A stretch of 53,331 nucleotides of DNA from Flavobacteriaceae bacterium (GCA_017856205.1 JAFMFL010000001.1:1-53331); one strand, 5' to 3'; counted from the first letter of the stretch, positions 28,888 to 40,718 are shown. Made by a program: numbers and translations. The notes: generated from the letters alone by a model not told the origin.

Positions 28888-30414
28888 ATGCATAACAAAG
28901 TACTTATTCTTGATTTTGGTTCGCAATACACACAACTCATTGCGCGCCGTGTTCGAGAGCTCTCCATTTTTTGTGAAATACACCCTTTTCACAATATTCC
29001 AGATGATGTTTCAACCTTTAAGGCAGTTATCCTTTCTGGGTCTCCGTTTTCGGTACGCTCCGACGATGCCCCTCACCCAGATTTAAGTGCCATTCGGAAC
29101 AAAGTGCCCTTGCTTGGGGTTTGCTATGGCGCACAGTATTTAGCGCATTTTAATGGGGGTGAAGTTGCCCCTTCCAATACAAGAGAATATGGACGCGCAC
29201 GTTTGGCAAAAGTCGAAAAGCATCCGTTTTTAAAAGATATTCCACTGCAATCGCAAGTGTGGATGAGTCATAGCGACACCATTAAAAAATTGCCAGAAAA
29301 TGCAACACAATTGGCATCAACTAAAGACGTTGCCAATGCTGCTTTTGTGATGGATGATAGCATGACGTATGGTATTCAGTTTCACCCGGAAGTATATCAT
29401 TCCACTGATGGGAAACAGTTGCTACAAAACTTTTTAGTAGATATCGCAGGAATTACCCCAGATTGGACATCGGATGCATTTGTTGAAACCACCGTTGCAC
29501 GACTTAAAGCGCAGTTGGGCAACGACAAAGTGATTTTAGGACTTAGCGGCGGTGTTGATTCTTCTGTGGCAGCCATTTTATTGCATAAAGCTATTGGCCC
29601 AAACTTGCACTGCATTTTTGTAAATAATGGACTGTTGCGCAAAAATGAATTTTCCGATGTACTTGCGCAATACGAGCACATGGGACTTAATGTAAAGGGC
29701 GTAGATGCTACCGACCAATTTTTGAGTGAATTGGCGGGGGTAAGTGATCCCGAAACAAAGCGCAAAATTATTGGTCGGGTTTTTGTAGAAGTGTTTGATG
29801 AGGAAGCACACAAAGTAGAAGGTGCCAAATGGCTTGCACAAGGAACCATTTACCCCGATGTAATTGAATCGGTTTCGGTGAATGGTCCTTCGGCAACGAT
29901 TAAGTCACATCATAATGTGGGTGGACTTCCCGATTTTATGAAATTAAAAGTGGTAGAACCTCTTAATATGCTGTTCAAAGATGAGGTGCGCAGGGTAGGC
30001 GCAAGCCTAAACATGTCTGCTGGGATTTTAGGCCGTCATCCCTTCCCAGGACCAGGTCTTGCTATTCGTATTTTGGGCGATATCACAAAAGAAAAAGTGA
30101 CAATGCTTCAAGAGACGGATGCCATTTTTATACAAGGATTACGCGATCATGGCCTGTATGACGATGTGTGGCAAGCTGGCGTAATGCTATTGCCGGTGCA
30201 ATCGGTTGGGGTTATGGGCGATGAACGCACTTATGAGAAGTGTGTTGCGCTTCGTGCAGTAACATCAACAGACGGAATGACGGCAGATTGGGTACATTTG
30301 CCTTATGAGTTTTTACAAGAAATTTCAAACCAAATCATTAATCGTGTTCCAGGAATTAACCGTGTGGTCTATGACATCAGTTCTAAACCTCCCGCAACTA
30401 TTGAGTGGGAGTAA
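28888..30414 (+). CDS. guaA: Glutamine-hydrolysing GMP synthase
   Basis: The start is set at ATG 28888 ([24 protein letters not shown]). It has a GATase domain, the PP-loop [10 protein letters not shown], and the C-terminus KPPATIEWE. Confidence 0.95.
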   Translation: MHNKVLILDFGSQYTQLIARRVRELSIFCEIHPFHNIPDDVSTFKAVILSGSPFSVRSDDAPHPDLSAIRNKVPLLGVCYGAQYLAHFNGGEVAPSNTREYGRARLAKVEKHPFLKDIPLQSQVWMSHSDTIKKLPENATQLASTKDVANAAFVMDDSMTYGIQFHPEVYHSTDGKQLLQNFLVDIAGITPDWTSDAFVETTVARLKAQLGNDKVILGLSGGVDSSVAAILLHKAIGPNLHCIFVNNGLLRKNEFSDVLAQYEHMGLNVKGVDATDQFLSELAGVSDPETKRKIIGRVFVEVFDEEAHKVEGAKWLAQGTIYPDVIESVSVNGPSATIKSHHNVGGLPDFMKLKVVEPLNMLFKDEVRRVGASLNMSAGILGRHPFPGPGLAIRILGDITKEKVTMLQETDAIFIQGLRDHGLYDDVWQAGVMLLPVQSVGVMGDERTYEKCVALRAVTSTDGMTADWVHLPYEFLQEISNQIINRVPGINRVVYDISSKPPATIEWE

Positions 30415-32161
30415 ACGTTTTATTGTTTTTGTGTTTGCACTCTTTTGTTTTGTTGGCGTAGCTCAGCAGGCAGAGGTATCGCATTTTATTGTACACAAAG
30501 TAAAAAAGAAAGAAACCCTTGAGGCAATCGCAAATAGGTACGATGTTACTACCGAACAAATTATTGCACACAATCCATTTGCTAAAAAAGTTATTCGCAA
30601 GCGTGATAAACTTCAAATTCCACGTTATAAAAAAGTAGTTCAAATTAAGACTGAACCCAAATTGGGACAACACGTTGTGAGGCCCAAAGAAACGCTTTGG
30701 CGCGTTGCTTATACCTATGGCATTTCGATTGATTCGCTTCGCGTGTTAAATCCGCAATTGGGCGATACACTTTCTATTGGTGCTGTGCTGTATGTCCCTC
30801 ATAAAACTGCCGAAGAAAAAGCGGCTCAATTTAGCTATTACACCGTGCAGCCCAGAGAAGGCTATTATCGATTAGAGCAAAAATTAGGACTTAATCGTGA
30901 GACCTTAGAGGAGTTAAACCCCGAACTTCTCAATGTGAACTTGCAAGCAGGTATGGTGCTTAAAATTCCTAAAATACAAGCGGATACATTGGTGCAACAA
31001 AAGCTACAATTTGGGGCAAAACCAAGTTTTTGGGACAGTACTTTTGTAACTCCTGTGGTGCGCATTGCACTTATGGCGCCATTTCGTCTATCACGTATTG
31101 AATTGGATTCTCTAATTCAAATCAAGAAAACTCTATCGGAACGTAATCTTACTACGGTTGCGCTAGATTTTTATGCGGGTATGCTTCACGCTGCAGACAG
31201 CCTTAACAAAGCGGGGCTGAGTGTTGAGCTTACGGTTTTTGATACTGAAAATCAACGCTACATTGTTGAGCAAATTCTCAATCAAAATAATTTCTCTCAA
31301 TTTGATGCGGTAATTGGACCTTTTACTCCAGAAAATGTGAGTCGTGTGGCACAAGCTATGGTTTTTTTTAATGTCCCCGTTGTATCGCCTCTGACAACAC
31401 GCGATATTAAACCTTCCCAAGCTACGTTTAATACGATACCAAGTAGGAGAGCTTTAAATAAACAGCTATCATCTTACATTGATTCCTTGTATGCAAATAC
31501 CGATAATCCATGTATTTTGATTATTTCAGATGATAAGAATAGAAAAACAGAGTTTAAACTAAAAGAGCAGTTTCCGTTAGCAGAAATTATTCGACCAGAT
31601 GCGGATTTTGGTTATGTAAAGCCCGATGTTGTGGATTCCCTCCTCACACCCACCCGACCAAATTGGGTGTTTTTAGAAACCGAAGATTTAAATCTTGTTA
31701 CAGGGATGACCTCTATGCTTAATGCCCAACAAAGAGACGATAGGCAAGTGCAACTCTTTACACATTACCGTTCTGCAACTTATGACGACCCCAATGTTTC
31801 TCAAGCACATTTGGGAAATTTACGTTTTACGTATCCAAACTATTTTCATGAAAAACGAGATAGCGTTCGCATAAAATTTGATGAAAACTACAAAGAAAGG
31901 TTTGGAAAAATCCCTAATCGTACTGCTGTTAAAGGTTTTGATGTAATGATTGATGTGGCATTGCGTATAGCCATAAAACGCACCCTTCCAGAAGGTGTTT
32001 CTTTAGGTTTAGGCGAACAACTTCAACATCGATTTGAATATAAATTCACGCCAACTGGCGGTTATGAAAATAATGCCACATACACCATTCAGCATCAGGG
32101 TTTTGAAATGATAGAAGTAAAGCCCGCTAACATCGTTTTAGATTCGTTAGAGGTTAGGTAG
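30371..32161 (+). CDS. LysM-repeat (x3) protein with C-terminal periplasmic-binding-protein-like domain
   Basis: Three LysM repeats are present ([16 protein letters not shown]..., [16 protein letters not shown]..., [16 protein letters not shown]...), preceded by the signal-like segment [19 protein letters not shown]. The start is ambiguous: ATG 30371 overlaps guaA by 44 nt, and TTG 30401 overlaps it by 14 nt. Confidence 0.78.
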   Translation: MTSVLNLPQLLSGSKRFIVFVFALFCFVGVAQQAEVSHFIVHKVKKKETLEAIANRYDVTTEQIIAHNPFAKKVIRKRDKLQIPRYKKVVQIKTEPKLGQHVVRPKETLWRVAYTYGISIDSLRVLNPQLGDTLSIGAVLYVPHKTAEEKAAQFSYYTVQPREGYYRLEQKLGLNRETLEELNPELLNVNLQAGMVLKIPKIQADTLVQQKLQFGAKPSFWDSTFVTPVVRIALMAPFRLSRIELDSLIQIKKTLSERNLTTVALDFYAGMLHAADSLNKAGLSVELTVFDTENQRYIVEQILNQNNFSQFDAVIGPFTPENVSRVAQAMVFFNVPVVSPLTTRDIKPSQATFNTIPSRRALNKQLSSYIDSLYANTDNPCILIISDDKNRKTEFKLKEQFPLAEIIRPDADFGYVKPDVVDSLLTPTRPNWVFLETEDLNLVTGMTSMLNAQQRDDRQVQLFTHYRSATYDDPNVSQAHLGNLRFTYPNYFHEKRDSVRIKFDENYKERFGKIPNRTAVKGFDVMIDVALRIAIKRTLPEGVSLGLGEQLQHRFEYKFTPTGGYENNATYTIQHQGFEMIEVKPANIVLDSLEVR

Positions 32162-32169
32162 TTTATTTG

Positions 32170-32177
32170 TATTTTTG
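32170..32177 (+). promoter_or_regulatory. -7 promoter box TATTTTTG for pyrG
   Basis: Full TAnnTTTG match, 21 nt before ATG 32199. Confidence 0.45.
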
Positions 32178-32186
32178 CACCTTTAA

Positions 32187-33818
<1,632 letters not shown>

Positions 33819-33821
33819 CGA

Positions 33822-35621
33822 ATGGAAGAACGTCGGATAGACCCGTTACAAATTATTGGTATGGTGCTCATCTTTGTCATTTTCACATGGATGATGTACA
33901 CCCAGTCTGCTGAGGAGATAGCACAAGCCAACACCCAACAAGAGCAAACCACAGAAGCAGTTGCTGAAACTAAATCACAAGCCCCTGATGTGGTTGTAGC
34001 AACTCCCACAGAAGCAGTTCCTACAACATCAATTGCTAAAGAAACGATTACCCTCCAAAATAGCGCACTTACTCTCGGCATTTCTACCAAGGGAGGTATT
34101 ATGGAGCAAGTGCTGTTGAACGGAGAAGTGAATTACCAAGACACTCCATTGTATCTTATTGATAAAGATAACAACGCCCTAAACATTGCTTTCACCACTG
34201 CCACAGGGCAATTGTTACAAACCAAATTTTTGATGTTTTCACCAACGGTTACCAAAGGTGAAAAGGGCGAAGAATTACGCCTTCGTGCTGCTGTTGATGG
34301 AAACGGCTACATCGAATTTGTGTATACACTTCCAAAAGAGGGATATCGCTTTGGTTTTGAGGTGGTTGCCGAAGGCATTGAAAATGCTTTGGACACGTCA
34401 ATTCCGGCTGCATTTACGTGGAGCATGAATGGGTTTCGTCATGCTAAAAGCGCTCAGTACGAAAATCGATATACGCAGTTGGCATACCGTCACGAAAACG
34501 ATAAGTATAGCACGCTTTCGGCATCAGGCGACGATGACGACAAAGAAAAAAATGTAGAGTGGATATCGTACCGCCAACACTTTTTCAGCAGTATTCTTAT
34601 TCCTAAGGATCCTCTTGAGCAGGTGACACTAACGTCAGCAGACATGACTGATGAGGAGGTCGAAGCCTCTGCATACCTTAAAGGATTTGCTACCGAAACC
34701 ACACTTCCGTATCAACGTAATCGTTTTGAAGCCAATTTTGATTGGTATATGGGACCAACAGATTATACTATACTCAAAAATTACGATGAGAATTTATTTG
34801 AGAGTATTTCGTTTGGATGGGGAATTATTGGTTGGATAAACCGATCGGTTTTTTATCCACTTTTTGGATTTCTTACAGGTTTAGTGCCTCATGGTATTGC
34901 CATTATTTTGCTTACTATAATTGTGCGTTTGGTGTTGTCGCCGGTGTTGTATAAATCCTATGTGTCGCAAGCAAAAATGCGTGTGCTTAGACCGGAAATC
35001 ACTGCGATAAATGAAAAGTATAAAAAAGATGCAACCAAGCGTCAGCAGGAAACCATGAAGCTCTACACCAAAGCTGGGGCAAGTCCGCTTGCGGGCTGTA
35101 TTCCTGCGCTGTTGCAAATGCCTGTGTTCTTTGCGTTATTTTACTTTTTCCCTATAGCGTATGAGTTACGTGGAAAATCGTTTTTATGGGCAGATGATCT
35201 ATCCTCTTACGATGTTATTGCGGAATTGCCGTTTAGCATTCCGTTCTACGGTGACCATATCAGTTTATTCCCATTATTGGCTTCGGTAGCGATATTTTTC
35301 TATACCCGAATGACCACAGGACAGCAAATGCAGCCGACACAGCCAGGTATGCCTAACATGAAATTTATCATGTATTTGATGCCTGTTATGATGTTGTTTT
35401 TCTTTAACAATTATGCAAGTGGATTTAGCTTGTACTACGTGGTTTCTAACCTGTTGATGATTGCTATTATGGTAGTGGTTAAAAACGTGATTATTGATCA
35501 AGATAAAATCCATGCTCAAATTGAGGAAAACAAAAAGAAGCCGAAAAAGCAAAACCGCTTTCAGCGTAAAATGGCTGAAATGATGGAAGAGGCTGAGCGT
35601 CAGAAAAAACTTCGGAAGTAA
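33822..35621 (+). CDS. yidC: Membrane protein insertase YidC
   Basis: 599 aa with an N-terminal TM helix, a large periplasmic domain and a conserved C-terminal 60-kDa insertase core (GCIPALLQMPVFFALFYFF, SGFSLYYVVSNL). The tail is basic. Confidence 0.92.
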   Translation: MEERRIDPLQIIGMVLIFVIFTWMMYTQSAEEIAQANTQQEQTTEAVAETKSQAPDVVVATPTEAVPTTSIAKETITLQNSALTLGISTKGGIMEQVLLNGEVNYQDTPLYLIDKDNNALNIAFTTATGQLLQTKFLMFSPTVTKGEKGEELRLRAAVDGNGYIEFVYTLPKEGYRFGFEVVAEGIENALDTSIPAAFTWSMNGFRHAKSAQYENRYTQLAYRHENDKYSTLSASGDDDDKEKNVEWISYRQHFFSSILIPKDPLEQVTLTSADMTDEEVEASAYLKGFATETTLPYQRNRFEANFDWYMGPTDYTILKNYDENLFESISFGWGIIGWINRSVFYPLFGFLTGLVPHGIAIILLTIIVRLVLSPVLYKSYVSQAKMRVLRPEITAINEKYKKDATKRQQETMKLYTKAGASPLAGCIPALLQMPVFFALFYFFPIAYELRGKSFLWADDLSSYDVIAELPFSIPFYGDHISLFPLLASVAIFFYTRMTTGQQMQPTQPGMPNMKFIMYLMPVMMLFFFNNYASGFSLYYVVSNLLMIAIMVVVKNVIIDQDKIHAQIEENKKKPKKQNRFQRKMAEMMEEAERQKKLRK

Positions 35622-35644
35622 ATTAATCGTTAATCCCCACACGT

Positions 35645-35676
35645 TTGGTGGGGCGGTATCATCATACTTACCTTTG
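35645..35676 (+). promoter_or_regulatory. mnmA promoter
   Basis: TTG (35645-35647), 21-nt spacer, TACCTTTG (35669-35676), 4 nt before ATG 35681. Confidence 0.5.
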
Positions 35677-35680
35677 TGCC

Positions 35681-36850
35681 ATGCAAGGAAAACGTGTCAT
35701 TGTTGGGCTTTCGGGAGGCGTAGACTCTAGCGTTGCGGCTTATTTGTTGTTGCAGCAGGGCTATGAGGTCATTGGGTTGTTTATGAAAAACTGGCATGAC
35801 GACTCCGTTACACTCTCCGATGAATGTCCATGGCTAGAAGATAGTAATGATGCGATGCTTGTAGCCGACAAACTGGGAATTCCTTTTCAAACAGTGGATT
35901 TGAGTGAGCAGTACAAAGCGCGCATTGTAGATTATATGTTTGCTGAATACCAACGTGGGCGCACTCCAAATCCAGATGTGTTGTGCAATCGTGAAATTAA
36001 ATTTGACGTGTTTTTAGATATTGCTATCTCGTTGGGTGCTGATTTTGTTGCAACTGGGCACTATTGTCAAAAGGAAGAAACCCTAGTTTCAAATAATACA
36101 ATGTATCGACTGCTTGCTGGCGCCGATGTCAACAAAGACCAATCCTATTTTTTGTGTCAGTTGAATCAGGCGCAATTGGCAAAAACCTTGTTTCCCATTG
36201 GAGGATTACAAAAAAGCGAGGTGCGCAAAATTGCCGCTGAACAAGGACTTATCACTGCCGAAAAACGAGATTCACAGGGGTTGTGTTTTATTGGAAAAGT
36301 AAGCCTTCCCGATTTTTTACAACAAAAACTTGCGGTCAAAAAAGGAGATATCATTCAAGTACCCAATTCGCACCCGATGTACGCCGAATCTCGAGAGACT
36401 TCTCCCGAAGGATTGGCTAAAAAATACACCTATTCTCCAACCGATGGTATCAAAGTAGGAACGCATAACGGCGCACATTTTTTCACGGTAGGGCAACGAA
36501 AAGGCTTGGCGGTTGGGGGTACGGTTGAGCCACTTTTTGTGTTGGCTACCGATGTGGAAACAAATACAATCTATGTAGGTGAGGGAAAAGACCACCCTGG
36601 GCTATACCGCCGTGCGCTTTGGATTGCGCAAGAAGATGTTCATTGGATACGCCCCGATTTGGCAACTGAACAGCCCACGCGAGTACAAGCGCGTATTCGT
36701 TACCGTCAACCTTTGGCAGCGGCTACCTTACATCCCGCAACAGAAGGTGTGTTTTTGGTTTTTGATGCGCCACAGTCTGCTATTGCAGCAGGACAATTTG
36801 CCGCATGGTACTTGGAAAATGAATGTATTGGCTCCGGAGTGATTGGTTAA
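35681..36850 (+). CDS. mnmA: tRNA 2-thiouridine(34) synthase MnmA
   Basis: The start is set at ATG 35681 ([23 protein letters not shown], the PP-loop). Catalytic cysteines lie in [12 protein letters not shown] and GLCFIG. Confidence 0.93.
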   Translation: MQGKRVIVGLSGGVDSSVAAYLLLQQGYEVIGLFMKNWHDDSVTLSDECPWLEDSNDAMLVADKLGIPFQTVDLSEQYKARIVDYMFAEYQRGRTPNPDVLCNREIKFDVFLDIAISLGADFVATGHYCQKEETLVSNNTMYRLLAGADVNKDQSYFLCQLNQAQLAKTLFPIGGLQKSEVRKIAAEQGLITAEKRDSQGLCFIGKVSLPDFLQQKLAVKKGDIIQVPNSHPMYAESRETSPEGLAKKYTYSPTDGIKVGTHNGAHFFTVGQRKGLAVGGTVEPLFVLATDVETNTIYVGEGKDHPGLYRRALWIAQEDVHWIRPDLATEQPTRVQARIRYRQPLAAATLHPATEGVFLVFDAPQSAIAAGQFAAWYLENECIGSGVIG

Positions 36851-37368
36851 AGCCTAATCCCAATTCGTATTGGTGTAAACGCAGCATGTTGGGTGGTGTT
36901 GGTACCCGAAGTAAGAAAAACATCTATTTTTTCAGATAACTTGTAGTTTAACCCTAGACCTATTTCGCCACAGAAAGTGCCAGTGCCATTTTTGTATTGA
37001 TTCCAAAGATGACTGTATCCAATTTTTAAATTAATAAGTGGAGATAATCTTGACCTAATTATAATGTATTCAAAATCGGAGAAAACAGAAACGCCATTTA
37101 TTCCTTCGAAGTTTAAATACCCGACTCCAATTCCAACGGCGTATTTTTCTTTGAATTGTAGTGCGTTAACCACCACGCTTAATTCTATTCCATTTTGATT
37201 ATCCAAATAATGCCCTTTCCAATTTGGACCTGGATTTACGTCCAAATTAGTATGTCCAAATAAATAATAACCAGTTTCAATTTTAATAGAATGGTTTGTT
37301 TGTGACGTTGCTTTATTAAACAGCGTTAATGTGGTTATTATAACAATTGATAGTCTGAGGGTTATCAT
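36847..37368 (-). CDS. Putative small outer-membrane beta-barrel protein
   Basis: 173 aa with a signal-like N-terminus ([18 protein letters not shown]), then alternating hydrophobic/polar strands rich in G, Y and N ([28 protein letters not shown]). I recognise no family. Its stop overlaps the mnmA stop. Confidence 0.55.
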   Translation of the reverse strand: MITLRLSIVIITTLTLFNKATSQTNHSIKIETGYYLFGHTNLDVNPGPNWKGHYLDNQNGIELSVVVNALQFKEKYAVGIGVGYLNFEGINGVSVFSDFEYIIIRSRLSPLINLKIGYSHLWNQYKNGTGTFCGEIGLGLNYKLSEKIDVFLTSGTNTTQHAAFTPIRIGIRL

Positions 37369-37533
37369 TTAGTTTTTATGAACTAATCATATTTAACAAC
37401 GTAAACTTCCGTAACTGTAAACTAAAAAAGGCTAAAAGCCACTTAAACCACGCTTAACACAGCTGAAACAACGCTGAGAGCCATTCAGGATATATTTAAG
37501 ACACTAAAAAGCCTTGTGGGAATAAGCGTACAA

Positions 37534-38754
37534 TCAAGCCTCTACAGAGGCAAAATCCAACACCACTTGGTTTTGTATCAGGTCGTTAAAGCTTTCGGCT
37601 TTACGAATAAGCTTTGCTTCTCCATCGTGCCAAAGCACTTCGGCAGGTCTAAAGCGGGAGTTGTAGTTGCTTGCCATCGTAAAGCAGTATGCACCGGCAT
37701 TGTGAAAGCACAACACATCGCCATCGCTGATTTCTGCAATTTTGCGGTTATTGGCAAAGGTGTCGGTTTCGCAGATGTAGCCTACAACAGAGTAAAAACG
37801 TTCACGCCCATTGGGATTTGAAATATTTTCAATGCGGTGTTGAGCTCCGTAAAGCATCGGGCGAATAAGGTGATTGAATCCGCTATTTACTTGTGCAAAC
37901 ACCGTAGAGGTGGTTTGCTTTACCGAGTTCACTTGCGCTAAAAAATATCCTGCTTGGCTTACTAAAAATTTCCCAGGCTCAAATGCCAGCACCAATTCTT
38001 TGCCATATTCCGTACAAAATGCATTGAAACGTTCGCTTAATTTTTCGCCCAATTCCTCAATGTTTGTTTCATTATCTCCGGGCTTGTAAGGCACTTTAAA
38101 TCCGCTTCCAAAATCCAAAAATTCTAAATCGCTAAACGACCTTGCCGTATCAAAAAGAATTTCAGCAGCATGCAAAAACACATCAATATCCAAAATATCA
38201 CTTCCCGTATGCATGTGTACGCCATTAATGCGCATCCCTGTGTTTTCTACGATGCGTAACAGATGTGGCATTTGATGAATACTAATACCAAATTTTGAAT
38301 CGATATGCCCCACGGAAATATTTGCGTTTCCACCAGCCATAATGTGCGGATTAATTCGAATACACACAGGAACATTTGGATGCGCTGTACCAAATTGTTC
38401 CAATACATCTAAGTTGTCAATATTGATTTGAACGCCCAATTGCGCCACTTCTTCAATTTCAGAAAGGGAAACGCCGTTTGGGGTATAAATAATTTCGTGT
38501 GGCGCCACGCCTGCAGCAAGTCCTAATTGCACCTCCTGAATGGAAACCGTATCTAACCCTGCGCCTAATTGGTGCATCCATTTCAATACGCTAAGGTTTG
38601 AAAGTGCCTTCACTGCGTAGTTAATGCGAAGATGTGGTACTGCACTAAATGCACGTGTCAATCGCGTGTATTGCTGCTCCATAACATGTGCGTCATACAC
38701 ATATAAAGGACTTCCATATTCTTGACATATCTGAACTAAATCTTGATGTTGCAT
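37534..38754 (-). CDS. lysA: Diaminopimelate decarboxylase
   Basis: The start is set at ATG 38754. The PLP Lys is in INYAVKA, and HMHTGSD, EPGKFLV and GYICETDTF are present. The TTG at 38772 lies inside the predicted -7 box. Confidence 0.92.
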   Translation of the reverse strand: MQHQDLVQICQEYGSPLYVYDAHVMEQQYTRLTRAFSAVPHLRINYAVKALSNLSVLKWMHQLGAGLDTVSIQEVQLGLAAGVAPHEIIYTPNGVSLSEIEEVAQLGVQINIDNLDVLEQFGTAHPNVPVCIRINPHIMAGGNANISVGHIDSKFGISIHQMPHLLRIVENTGMRINGVHMHTGSDILDIDVFLHAAEILFDTARSFSDLEFLDFGSGFKVPYKPGDNETNIEELGEKLSERFNAFCTEYGKELVLAFEPGKFLVSQAGYFLAQVNSVKQTTSTVFAQVNSGFNHLIRPMLYGAQHRIENISNPNGRERFYSVVGYICETDTFANNRKIAEISDGDVLCFHNAGAYCFTMASNYNSRFRPAEVLWHDGEAKLIRKAESFNDLIQNQVVLDFASVEA

Positions 38755-38769
38755 CGCAAATATTTTGCG

Positions 38770-38777
38770 CAAATGTA
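38770..38777 (-). promoter_or_regulatory. -7 promoter box TACATTTG for lysA
   Basis: The minus strand reads TACATTTG, 15 nt before ATG 38754. Confidence 0.45.
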
Positions 38778-38894
38778 GGTTTTTGAATATTTAATACTAG
38801 CATGAATTTTAAAATATATTAAAAATAAAACATAATGTTATAAATACAACAAACATCTTTTTTGGTTTTATATGCAGATGCCCTTTTGATTCTC

Positions 38895-38902
38895 TATTTT
38901 TG
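38895..38902 (+). promoter_or_regulatory. -7 promoter box TATTTTTG for sucC
   Basis: Full TAnnTTTG match, 17 nt before ATG 38920. Confidence 0.45.
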
Positions 38903-38919
38903 CAACTTAAACTTAATCG

Positions 38920-40113
38920 ATGAACGTACACGAATATCAAGGAAAAGAGATTTTAGCTCAATTTGGTGTAGGCATTCAGCGTGGCGTTGTAGCCACAACC
39001 CCAGCGGAAGCAGTGACTGCAGCAAAGCAACTTACAGAAGAAACTGGAACAGGTTGGCATGTAATTAAGGCACAAGTGCATGCGGGCGGTCGTGGAAAAG
39101 GCGGCGGCGTAAAACTTGCCAAATCGTTAGATGAGGTAGCGCAAATTGCAGATGATATCATTGGAATGCAATTGGTAACTCCGCAAACTACTGCCGAAGG
39201 CAAAAAAGTGCATCAAGTGTTGGTTGCCGAGGACGTGTATTATCCAGGTGACTCCGAGCCCAAAGAATTTTACATTTCCGTGTTGCTAAACCGTGCTACG
39301 GGACGCAATATGATTATGTATTCTACTGAGGGGGGTATGGATATTGAAACGGTTGCAGAGCAAACCCCCGAGCTTATTTTCACGGAAGAAGTTGATCCAA
39401 CCGTTGGCTTGTTGCCTTTTCAAGCACGAAAAGTGGCTTTTAATCTTGGGCTTTCGGGTGCTGCGTTTAAAGGAATGACCAAATTTGTTACTGCGCTATA
39501 CAAAGCTTATGTGGGTGCTGATGCGGCATTGTTTGAAATCAATCCTGTGTTAAAAACCTCCGATGATAAAATTATTGCGGTGGACGCAAAGGTTACTCTT
39601 GATGATAATGCATTATTCCGTCATCCCGATTTTGAGGCTATGCGTGATATTCGTGAGGAAAACCCAACAGACGTGGCAGCGCGCGAAGTAGGATTAAACT
39701 ACGTAGCACTAGATGGAAATGTGGGTTGTATGGTAAACGGTGCTGGACTTGCCATGGCTACTATGGATTTGATTAAGCAAGCTGGTGGCGACCCTGCTAA
39801 CTTTTTAGATGTGGGTGGAACGGCAGATGCAGCGCGTGTTGAGGCTGCCTTCCGTATTATTCTTCAAGACCCAAAAGTAAAGGCGATTTTGATTAATATT
39901 TTTGGTGGAATCGTACGTTGCGACCGTGTTGCCCAAGGAATTGTAGATGCATATAAAAATATGGGAGATGCTATAAAAGTTCCCATTATTGTTCGTCTTC
40001 AAGGCACGAATTCCGACATTGCCAAAAAGTTGATTGATGATTCAGGTCTTGAAGTGCAAAGCGCTGTACTGTTCCAAGAAGCTGCTGATAAAGTACAGGC
40101 TGTTCTCCAATAA
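38920..40113 (+). CDS. sucC: Succinate-CoA ligase (ADP-forming) subunit beta
   Basis: MNVHEYQGKEIL, HAGGRGKGGGVK, and the C-terminal CoA-ligase domain GGIVRCD. Confidence 0.95.
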   Translation: MNVHEYQGKEILAQFGVGIQRGVVATTPAEAVTAAKQLTEETGTGWHVIKAQVHAGGRGKGGGVKLAKSLDEVAQIADDIIGMQLVTPQTTAEGKKVHQVLVAEDVYYPGDSEPKEFYISVLLNRATGRNMIMYSTEGGMDIETVAEQTPELIFTEEVDPTVGLLPFQARKVAFNLGLSGAAFKGMTKFVTALYKAYVGADAALFEINPVLKTSDDKIIAVDAKVTLDDNALFRHPDFEAMRDIREENPTDVAAREVGLNYVALDGNVGCMVNGAGLAMATMDLIKQAGGDPANFLDVGGTADAARVEAAFRIILQDPKVKAILINIFGGIVRCDRVAQGIVDAYKNMGDAIKVPIIVRLQGTNSDIAKKLIDDSGLEVQSAVLFQEAADKVQAVLQ

Positions 40114-40114
40114 T

Positions 40115-40164
40115 TGACAAAGTGTCACTAAAAATAATGATTTAACAGACAAAATGTCAGTTAA
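40115..40164 (+). promoter_or_regulatory. Two GACA-N3-TGTC palindromes upstream of hsp20 (candidate operator pair)
   Basis: The first is TGACA-AAG-TGTCA (40115-40127). The second is TTAACAGACA-AAA-TGTCAGTTAA (40142-40164), with 9 of 10 arm positions complementary. Their centres are 32 bp apart. They lie 58-107 nt before ATG 40222. Confidence 0.35.
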
Positions 40165-40221
40165 AATCAAAAGGTACACAAATTGCCATGGGTTGGGTGT
40201 ATAACATTAAAACCTAACATC

Positions 40222-40650
40222 ATGAATTTAGTTCGTAGAAATACAAATACATTATTTCCATCTTTATTGGATGAATTTTTTGGAACATCGTTTCCGTTAA
40301 CCACAACATCAACGCGTGCACAAGTACCTTCAGTAAATATTTCGGAGACAGATACGGCTTTTGAAGTAGCCCTTGCTGCTCCTGGAAAAACCCGTAAGGA
40401 CTTCAATGTGGAGCTAGACGATCATGTATTGACCATTTCAAGTGAGTCAACCCATAAAGACGAAAGTAAAACCGCGCAGTACACACGCCGAGAGTTTGCT
40501 TACGATAGCTTTCAACGCAGTTTTAGACTGCCCGACACTGTTGACACTACAGGAATTAAAGCAAAGTACGACAATGGGATTTTGCATATTTCATTGCCCA
40601 AGCTTCAAGAAGCCATTCCTGAACCCAAAAAGCAGATTGAAATTAAGTAA
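40222..40650 (+). CDS. Hsp20/alpha-crystallin family small heat-shock protein
   Basis: The start is set at ATG 40222 (MNLVRRNTNTLFPSLLDEFFG). The alpha-crystallin domain is VNISETDTAFEVALAAPG...YDNGILHISLPK. Confidence 0.88.
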   Translation: MNLVRRNTNTLFPSLLDEFFGTSFPLTTTSTRAQVPSVNISETDTAFEVALAAPGKTRKDFNVELDDHVLTISSESTHKDESKTAQYTRREFAYDSFQRSFRLPDTVDTTGIKAKYDNGILHISLPKLQEAIPEPKKQIEIK

Positions 40651-40657
40651 GGTTCTA

Positions 40658-40699
40658 CAGGTCTCGATACTAAATTCTTTAAGAATTTCACTCGACCTG
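40658..40699. terminator. Imperfect stem-loop between convergent hsp20 and uvrB
   Basis: CAGGTC (40658-40663) pairs with GACCTG (40694-40699), and an inner stem AAATTC (40672-40677) pairs with GAATTT (40683-40688), with an asymmetric internal loop between them. There is no U-tract on either strand, so terminator function is uncertain. Confidence 0.35.
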
Positions 40700-40718
40700 A
40701 CAAAAGTAGTCATGTGTG

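Noticed and set aside
29545-29574. Identical peptide [10 protein letters not shown] in guaA and again in mnmA (near 35710), considered as a possible duplication or recombination trace.
   Set aside because: This is the shared PP-loop ATP-pyrophosphatase motif of two unrelated enzymes. The surrounding sequences are not similar.
35635-35653. GC-rich hairpin CCCCAC-N7-GTGGGG after yidC, considered as a terminator.
   Set aside because: No U-tract follows it, and its 3' half overlaps the -33 TTG of the mnmA promoter. It may be structural, but I cannot support a terminator call.
37421-37440. Mini hairpin GGCT-AAA-AGCC with an adjacent T-run on the minus strand, downstream of lysA.
   Set aside because: The stem is only 4 bp, which is too weak to call a terminator with confidence.
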